Assembly (NCBI GenBank): GCA_951406725.2
Contig: OX597819.1
Location: 93,682,001-93,746,000, forward strand
Direction: 5' to 3'
DNA: 64,000 nt
From: Octopus vulgaris
Taxonomy: Eukaryota
This document shows positions 55,376-64,000 of this stretch, piece by piece. Each line of letters starts with the position of its first letter. Within the stretch, counting starts at the first letter, position 1. The translations under genes were made by a program, and so were the position numbers. The notes under the pieces were generated by a model, which saw only the letters and a list, made by a program, of their open reading frames with translations, ran no database searches and was not told the origin of the DNA.

Positions 55376-56074
55376 CGACAGGCTTCTTTCAGTTTCTGTC
55401 TAACAAATCCACTCACAAGGCTGTGGTCAGCCCAAAGCTATAGTAGAAGACACTTGCCCAAGGTGCCATGTAGTGAGATGAGAACCTGGAACTATGTGGT
55501 TGGTAAGCAAGCTACTTACCACACAGCCACTCCTGCGCCTCTATATTAAAAAATAAAAAATTATAAAAGACTGGAAACATTTTTTTTTTTTGTGGTTCGG
55601 TGCAACAAACCGAACAGTATCTTCACAGTCATAGTATCACAAACTAAATGTTCCCTAGTTGCGAGTTCAATTCACACAAAGGATAATAGGAAACAGATTT
55701 ACAGAATCAATTTAACCAGAGATATATTGCTTCACTGTGACCATGACCAGCATCAACATCTTCTCTATTGGTCAAGTACGTTAAATGTCAGAAGGCAATT
55801 CTGATTGATGTTTAATGGAAAAGAAAATGTAATTATAAGTGATATTTAACAGTCATAGTGATGGAGGCAAAGAATTAAATACAGGTACAGGTTAATGTAT
55901 TAAAGAAAGAGAGGGAGTGAGAGAGAGAGAGAGAGAGAAAGAAGAGTTGGAGGAGAGAGTGAGGTAGAAGTATATTATAAAGAATGATGAAAAGTAAATG
56001 ATAATGAGAAATTAGGACACAGTCAGATGGATAGACAGACAAACATATAGGCTGACAGCTAGCTGGGTGAGTAA

Positions 56075-56075
56075 G

Positions 56076-56152
<77 letters not shown>

Positions 56153-56438
56153 TCATAGATAAGTAAATAGAAAGACAAATAGATAAGTATTTAGGTATGC
56201 ATACGTATACATATGTAGATAGTTAACTAGATAGATAGATAGAGGGAGAGAGAGAGATATATTTAGGTAGGTTGATAGGTAGGTAAGTATGCATGCATGC
56301 CTGTACAAACATATCTAGGTAAGAGAATAGATTGGTAGGCAGATAGATAGATAGATCACTGGATAGATAAGTAGACATACAGATAGACATATAGATAGGT
56401 AGGTCCAGACATACAGGCAGGCAGACAGACAAACACAC

Positions 56439-56477
<39 letters not shown>

Positions 56478-56505
56478 AGGATATAAAGATAAACAGGCAG
56501 ATAGA
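56075..56505. repeat. (GATA)n and degenerate GATA/GACA/GGTA tetranucleotide tract
   Basis: Directly visible. Confidence 0.92.
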
Positions 56506-56801
56506 TTAATGAGAATATTGGGAATTACAGCACGCAAACAGAGAAACGAAGAAAGGAAGGATACATGTGCAAGAAATAGAAATGAAGATATAAAGGGTTA
56601 TGTTTGAACATGAAAGAGAGATTATTTGCCAAAGACAGCAAGAAAGAAAATATGGAAATAATATTAAAGGGATGGGGCTAGCCAAAGTAAGAATGCTTAG
56701 ACAAATATTCAGACAGATAGCAAACATATAGAGAAGTATAGAAAGACTATAGGAATAATACTCAATCTGATTCAGCATTGAAAGAAAAATATATATATGT
56801 G

Positions 56802-56840
<39 letters not shown>

Positions 56841-56877
56841 GAAATAGACACACATATATTTATGTATATATATATAC

Positions 56878-56932
<55 letters not shown>

Positions 56933-56948
56933 CATATATGTGTGTGAG

Positions 56949-57520
56949 GCTCAGAAAACAGATTCCATCACATGCCAGGGGGAGAAACTAGAAGTAGTTG
57001 ATCGCTTCCGCTACCTACGTGACCAAGTTAGTAGTGGGGGGGGGATGTTAGAATAAGAATAGCCTGGGAAAAGTTGAGAAAGCTTCTACCCTTACTGGGG
57101 ACAAAGGGCCTCCCGCTCAGAGTGAAAGGTAAATTGTACGATGCATGTGTGTGAACTGCCATGCTTCAAGGCAGTGAAACATGGGCCGTGACTGCAGAGG
57201 ACATGCATAGGTGCAAAAGAAATGAAGCTAACATGATCCTCTGGATGTGTAATGTCAGTGTGCACACATGATAGAGAAATGTTGGACATAAGAAGCATAG
57301 GATGTGGCGTGCAAGAGACATTCGTGCTGGTACGGTCATGTACTACAGATGGATGAGGAAAGATGTGTGAAGAAGTGCCACTCCCAAGCAGTTTAAGGAA
57401 TCCGGAGTAGAGGTAAACCCAGGAAGACATGGAATGAGGTGGTCAAGCATGATCTTTGAATGACAGAGGCAATGACGAAAAACCGAGACCTCTGGAGATA
57501 TGCTGTGACTGTGAAACCTG
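56949..57520 (+). mobile_element. RTE-clade LINE 3' fragment (RT C-terminus), disrupted
   Basis: [16 protein letters not shown]; RIAWEKLRKLLPLL; KGKLYDACV*TAMLQGSETWAV; WYGHVLQM; RGKPRKTWNEVV. Confidence 0.9.
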
Positions 57521-57619
57521 TCAAATATATGTTTGTGGAAGCCTGTCAAATATACATATATATTCCTTTTTCTTCCTGAGAAAATAAGGCATCAGAATGC
57601 AGGACCTGGTGCCATTCCT

Positions 57620-57909
57620 GCTTCTCCTCAGTTCGAAGATTTGAGCAAAGTCGACTGCAACTTTGGGACCAACTTCATGCAAGAATGAAGGCACACTGGC
57701 AAAATGCTGCTTCTTTAAATGGAAACATAACCTGTCATTGTAGTTTTACAGCATGAAGCAAAGCATGCCTTGCTGTCCACTCAAGAAAACACATAGTAAA
57801 TGATCCACAAGCACTCAAGCAAATTGTACCTTCAGCTTGTTGCATTTGCCAAAAGGTTTGCAAGGCACCAGTGGGCTTCAAGAGATACATTCGTGTCCAC
57901 AGAACATGA
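57620..57909 (+). mobile_element. Probable RTE-type LINE C-terminus with degenerate zinc finger
   Basis: ...QIVPSACCICQKVCKAPVGFKRYIRVHRT* (C-x2-C-x12-[H>Y]-x3-H); same layout as 60165-60541. Confidence 0.5.
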
Positions 57910-57988
57910 TTACTGCTTTGTTTTACTGAACCCTCATTTGTCATTCATGGCAAGAGAATTCATCATATATATATATATGTGTGTGTGT

Positions 57989-58298
57989 GGAGGCGCAATG
58001 GCCCAGTGGCTAGGGCAGCGGACTCGCGGTCGTAGGATCGCGGTTTCGATTCCCAGACCGGGCGTTGTGAGTGTTTATTGAGCGAAAACACCTAAAGCTC
58101 CACGAGGCTCCAGCAGGGGGTGGTGGCGATCCCTGCTGTACTCTTTCACCACAACTTTCTCTCACTCTTTCTTCTGTTGGTCTGCTCTCTTAGCCAGTGG
58201 GGTGGCGACATTTGAAGGCTAAAACAATGCAAAGCGGATTGTTACCAGCAATCTGTAGCAACATCTGATAGCCTAGTCGGTCATGGTGATCACGGTGA
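57989..58298 (+). mobile_element. Young tRNA-derived SINE family S5
   Basis: A box TGGCCCAGTGG, B box GTTTCGATTCC, CpG-rich head, sits between (TG)n and (TA)n. Confidence 0.8.
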
Positions 58299-59328
58299 TA
58301 TATATATATATAAACATATTCACAATACATATACACCTAAATATCTCTGTCTTTGTGCCTTTGTCTGCCTATCACCACCACTTCTTGACAACAGGTGTTG
58401 GTTTGTTTATGTCCTTGTAACTTAGCAATTCAGTCAAAGACACTAATAGACTAGGCACCAAACTTTAAAAATTAGTACTGAGATTGATCTGTTCAACTAA
58501 AACCCTCCAGAGTGGTGCCCTAGCATGGCCACAAGCCAATGACTAAAACAAGTAAAAGATAAGATAGCAGAGGTATACTTAGCCATGCTTTCATTAATTT
58601 CAAGAGTAGAAATTCAGTTTATTGAACAAGTAGATAGTCATCAATCAAAACTGACAGAGAATCCACCCTTATGTTTATATAATACCCAGTCATTTTGGTA
58701 TTTCACGCTCAATAAGCCTGTCCATTTATTAATGCAGCTGGTGCTTCTGCTATGACTTGCAGAGAAATCCAGATCTTCATTGACTTAGATGAAATGAGAA
58801 TTAAACCACAGGACTATTTGCTTTGAAACTGTTACTGGAACATTCAACTTTCCCACTAGTTACACCTGTACCAACTGGAAATTCCACTTTATGGTAAACT
58901 GAACATTTTATCAAGAGCTTTCAAACAGGATTTATGAGGTATGTGTTTAACACATTCAATGCAGTAGATATGGAGGTAGTTTACTGTTGTGGCATAGCAG
59001 TAAATCATATAAACAGCAGATACTTCAGCTGTCATAGTAATAATAAAAATATTCACTCTCTCTCTCTTTCTCCCTCTCTCTCTCTCACTTACTCTTTCTC
59101 TTGTGGAGCTACAAATGTTTCATGCTAACACATTAAGTTGATAAGATTGGTCGGTTGTTTTGTAAGCCGATGACAATGATGGTGGTGATGACAATAAAGT
59201 TAGTAATAAATGATAGAAAAAGAAAAAGTGGAGATGGTAGTGATATTGATAACAGTTTTGCTCATAAAACTAAATCTGCACTGCAACTGAAAAATGAACT
59301 ATATTAAAAAGCAAATATACATGGCTGC

Positions 59329-59332
<4 letters not shown>

Positions 59333-59398
<66 letters not shown>

Positions 59399-59505
59399 AT
59401 ATATACATATATATATACATATATATATATACATATATATATATACATATATATATACATATATATATACATATATATATATATACATATATATATACAT
59501 ATATA

Positions 59506-59557
<52 letters not shown>

Positions 59558-59637
59558 CATATATATATATACATATATATATATATGTACATATATATAT
59601 GTACATATATATATACATATATATACATACATATATA
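59333..59637. repeat. (TA)n/(TACA)n compound microsatellite; similar tracts at 17486-17670, 22330-22572, 29937-30231, 39287-39408, 40780-41000, 51520-51715, 56790-56945
   Basis: Directly visible. Confidence 0.95.
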
Positions 59638-60164
59638 GATAGATAGAAGATTGGTTTTCTATTGACTTTGCAAGACCCTTGATGTGAACGCACATGTTGA
59701 AACAGATCTTGTATCTTGGCAGGGTCATTTACCCACAAAGAAATATGTGCACTCGTTTTATTAATATTACCTGATTAGTTAACTAATTAACCTATTAGCT
59801 AAGCACTTTCTTGATTCCTCATTCAGTTAATCAGTCATGTCCTTTCAGTACCATTCATAATCATATTATATCTGCATATGGATGCATGTGAACAGCAACA
59901 CATATAAGTATGCATCTGTGTGTGAGAATAAGTATGTTTATGGACAAATTTTTCTTCCCTTGAGTTATAGGAAATGAGAATGAAAGACAGATAACCATGC
60001 ACTGAAAAGTACAATCAATGATAAGAATGAAAAGCCAGCAGCAAGAAGGCTCATGTATAGGTATACCAACACACACAATATATGCATGCATTGCACATGT
60101 ATGCAGTGTGCTCACAAACACAGTACCATTGACAGATACACGTCATCATTATTATTGTCATCAT

Positions 60165-60682
60165 CATGTATTAGAATGGAGGATAGAAGGATTCCTAAGC
60201 ACATGCTCTATGGAGAACTTGTGAATGGAAGGAGACTCCGGCAGAAACAAAGGCTGCGATTTAAGGACTGTGTTAAGTCCTCGTTAAAGGCCTTTGATAT
60301 GCAGGACACTGACTGGGAGAACAATGCCTGTCATCGCCACAGATGGAGGAAGCAGGTTAAGGAGGGGATCGACACTTTTGAGAGAGCACGTATCCAGCAT
60401 GAAGAACTTAGGCGAGCTGTGCGAAAGCGCACGGCTCTTATAGTGAATGGGGAAAGCTTGGTCTGCAATGTTTGCAGTCGTGTGTGCTTGTCAAGAGCAG
60501 GGCTCATTAGCCACCAACGAAGTCGCAAATGCAAAATATAAGTTAGTCCTAGAGCGCACAATGTTCCTGAAGGTCGACAATGGTCTTCCTCGGTCACGAG
60601 TGGACGGCCATCATATATGTATGTATTATGTATGTATATATGTATGTATGTATGTATGTATGTACGTACGTATGTATGTATA
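60165..60682 (+). mobile_element. 5'-truncated RTE-clade LINE: open C-terminal ORF, C2H2-like finger, short 3' UTR and (TATG)n tail
   Basis: RMEDRRIPKHMLYGEL..GRR...QRLRFKDCVK..LK...W...R.RWR; CNVCSRVCLSRAGLISHQRS; stop at 60539-60541. Confidence 0.9.
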
Positions 60683-60839
60683 CAGCTGAAATTGCGAGGA
60701 TAATCTGGTGCTTGACTGAGGAAAGAAGACTTCAAATGACCCATCCTTGTTTTCCTTGTATCGTCTATCTGGATATTTTGTTGTCCCATTTTTGTATCAT
60801 CTAGCTGTCTGGATATTTTGCGTTCTTGTCCCATTTTGT

Positions 60840-60884
<45 letters not shown>

Positions 60885-61058
60885 TATGTATGTATACAGC
60901 CGAAATTTCGAGGATAATCTGGTGCTTGAGAGAGGAAAGAAAACTTCGAATGACATGTCTTTGTTTTCTTTGTATCGTCTATCTGGATATTTTGTTGTCC
61001 CATTTTTGTATCACCTCACTGTCTGGATATTTTGCGTTCTTGTCCCATTTTGTATTTT
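60681..61058 (+). repeat. Two tandem ~165-bp modules (60681-60845 and 60895-61058), each ending at a microsatellite
   Basis: Units align end to end; distantly similar to the 37402 and 38208 repeats. Confidence 0.85.
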
Positions 61059-61108
<50 letters not shown>

Positions 61109-61194
61109 ATGCTTGTTTTTATGTTCAATTATAATAGAAACAATTTTACATTAACCTGATGGGTTACTTTATACTTTTGTAGAGTACAAATTTA

Positions 61195-61515
61195 TCATTC
61201 TTGTTCAAAAATGTTGTTGACTGTCAATTCCTACATGAATATCAGGTCACCAATGTTATCCCAGCCAGACACCATGAGCCACACGTAATTTTTGAACATG
61301 TGAAGATAACAGGCTGCATTCATGGTGTCATGCAGTAGATATGGGCCAACGAATCGTGTTGTTGTCATTCCGCACCACATGGTCACTCTTGGTCAAGCTT
61401 GCATCCTCTCAAACATCATGTTCGGATCCTTATCACATGATGCCCAATAATGGCAGTTCTAACGATTGATAAAACCACCAACATGGAATACAGCCTCATC
61501 ACTCCGGATGAGATA
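61195..61515 (-). pseudogene. Tc1/mariner-superfamily transposase relic (DD41D/rosa-like or DD37D-like)
   Basis: Manual translation: RSDEAVFHV/GFINR*NCHYWAS..DPNMMFERMQA*PRVTMWCGM...FVGPYLLHDTMNAACYLHMFKNYVW...LIFM*, then ..IFEQE*. Confidence 0.75.
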
Positions 61516-62070
61516 CTTTTTGTGATCTAGTTATATGTTTTATAAAAATATATTTTATTTGTTATTTATGTTTTGATTTATGTCTATCATTGTTTGAATT
61601 GCATAATAGTGGTTTTATTCTAATTTATATATATACATATATATATTATACACACACACACACATATATTATCCCTCCTGTCATTAGACAATGTATAAGG
61701 GTTCTAAAGCTTCTTGCCAAACAACCACATAAATGATTTATTCAAGGGGAGCTACTGTTTGAGTCGTACATAAGCTCACTCCCTCTGACAAATCAACATT
61801 GTCTGTAGATGTGCATAAGTGTGCCACATGTCAGATGCTGAAATGATCGCAGAGCAATATGATATGAAGTGTTTTGCTCAAGAACAAACTGCACCTCTCA
61901 GTCAGTAAATGCAAACCATGGTCTCACAATCATGAGCACAACACTCTAAAATACTCAGCCATATGTATGTATATGTACACTCCAATGCTATATCTGCTTA
62001 TCCTTTATAAGGAATTAATGTGAAGCATAAACAAAAAAGAAAACTTTTCATTATTTGATATTTTATAAAA

Positions 62071-62694
62071 ATAATTATAATAATAATAATGAAATTATTG
62101 TATACAGTGCTCAGGTGCACCACAACTTGTCAAAAGTGCATATAAAGCATATGCAGTAATGTACAAATGTCTGGAAAGTGAACAGTGTATGAGTTAGATA
62201 CATGCTTGCACATGTATGGATGGGAGAAAATCAGGTATAGTGTTGGCGAATCTCAGGAAGCATGGAAGTTTTGAAGGATGCAGTGCTCCGACAACAAACA
62301 ACTGATGCCGGCAGTTTGTTTCATACTTCAGCAACTCTTAGCATAAAAAAATGTTTCCGAAGTTATGGGAGCTGTGCTGTTTTCTGACTTTGTAAACATG
62401 TCCATGGGTGTTAGACAGGTGGAGTTTGAAAAGGTGCTCAGAGTTATTGTTTGTAAGATGGTTAATAATTTTATAGGTGTCTGCCAAGTCAGCTGCCAGA
62501 CGTCGGATTTTCAGTGTATCCATGCCCAGGGAAGTAAGGCATTCAGAATATGACAAATGCCTGATGGAGGGTATTCTCTTGGTTGCACGTCGCTGAACAG
62601 CTTCTAGATGATTAATATCCTGGGCAAAATAGGGGTTCCAGACCGGTGATGCAAATTCCAGGTGAGGTCACACCATAGCTATATAAAGCTGCAG
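62071..62694 (-). mobile_element. 5'-truncated CR1-clade LINE 3' end with (ATT)n tail
   Basis: LYIAMV*PHLEFASPVWNPYFAQDINHLEAVQRRATKRIP..LSYSECLTSLGMDTLKIRRL..DL..TYKII..THGHVYKV..HFFMLRV...*NKLP. Confidence 0.92.
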
Positions 62695-63390
62695 GTGGGA
62701 TGGATGCATAAATAATTCTAACTTGGTGACTTACATGGCTAACCTTCAATCCCTATTTTCAGAAGTTTTAAACACACTCTTTAGCATCTGTGTAGTTATT
62801 AGTCTCACTGACACTACATGGTATTTTAACTTAAAATGATCAATTCTTTAATGAGTACAGTCAAATGGAATAGTTTCCATATCAACCAATGAAGAAATAG
62901 ATTTATATACAATTCTTTCCAAGTCAGACATTACCAATCCTAGTTGATAACTAATTATAATTTTATGGATGTAACAAATTACGAAACAAAAAAATTACTT
63001 CTAAAGAAGACTTTTTCTTTTACTAACCAGAATTCTTTCAAATGTATTTGTGCAGTTGTGATGATGGCTTTTCATCTTAGATTTGTATTTCATATTTCTC
63101 ATTTGAGACCTTTGGCCGTTTACTTTATCGTTGAAATTATATAATTGAAGAAACATCCATCTCCAGTTTTTTACAAGAATTAGCATGTTTCAGAATTTTC
63201 TATTGCATATTAACACGGTGACTTGGAAGAGTAATTTGTGCGAATTTCTTCAAGTAATAGCATTTTGGTCTGAACTGAATTTTATATATATATTTATTTA
63301 TTTTTATCTCCTTTTGTATATCTGTTTATATCTGAATTTTTTTTCTATTTCATTTTTTTTCTACTTTTACTTATCTAGAAATCCCTCATT

Positions 63391-63477
63391 CCCATTTCTT
63401 CAAGAAAAAGTAATTTCTCAGCCCCATTTCTTCAAGAAAAAGTAATCTCTCAGCCCCATTTCTTCAAGAAAAAGTAA
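63391..63477. repeat. 32-bp tandem repeat, 2.7 copies
   Basis: cccatttcttcaagaaaaagtaat(t/c)tctcagc starts at 63391, 63423 and 63455. Confidence 0.95.
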
Positions 63478-64000
63478 AGCAGCATTATATTTTCGTTTTA
63501 CTAAACAACTAAAAAGAGAGATTCCTTCTATATTTTATGCTGATAAGTACCATGTTCCAGTGCAGTTGCAGATAGTATAATACACGAAACAAGAAATCTT
63601 GTCTCATTGTATTTATTTTAATTTACTTGTTTCGGTCATTAGACTGTGGTCATGCTAAGGCACCACCTTGAAGAATCTTTAGTCGAACGAATCAATTTTA
63701 GTACTTATTTATTTAAGGTCTGGTACCTATTATATTGACCTTGTTTTGCTGAACTGCTAAGTTACATGGATGTAAACTTACACCAGCTGTCAAGTGATGG
63801 TAGGGGACAAACACACACACATACAACAGGCTTCTTTCAGTTTCCGTCTACCAAATCCACTTACAAGGTTTTGACCAAATCAAGGCAATAGTAGAAGACA
63901 CTTATCCAAGGTGCCATGCAGTGGGACTGAATCCAAAATTGTGTGGTTGGTAAGCAAACTTCTTACCACACAGCCATGACTGACATTTTCTTCATTTTTT

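Noticed and set aside
57989-58060. tRNA gene
   Set aside because: A and B boxes are present but no acceptor stem closes, and it continues into a SINE body

Overview
AT-rich, repeat-saturated eukaryotic (animal) non-coding DNA, either intergenic or deep intronic. From memory, the SINE families and microsatellite load resemble octopus (coleoid cephalopod) genomes; this is inference, not a search result. I found no supportable host protein-coding exon, rRNA, true tRNA gene or CRISPR array, and most ORFs in the track are microsatellite or SINE read-throughs. Supported content: (1) DNA transposons: three dead mariner elements with TIRs, a DD41D/rosa-like transposase relic missed by the ORF track, piggyBac-type (TTAA), hAT-type (8-bp TSD) and Tc1/mariner-type MITEs. 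(2) Retroelements: 3' fragments of RTE and CR1 LINEs and dozens of copies of at least five SINE-like families. (3) Tandem repeats: a 30-bp minisatellite and many microsatellites. The most interesting signal is about ten dispersed, mostly degenerate minimal hammerhead-ribozyme-like motifs (CTGANGA-stem-GAAA-short palindrome-TH) of the Penelope-terminus type. Many lie about 100-150 bp upstream of a (TA)n run. A ~220-bp element present twice packs several such half-cores and is a candidate retrozyme-like unit. Coordinates were read by eye; SINE and LINE boundaries are approximate.
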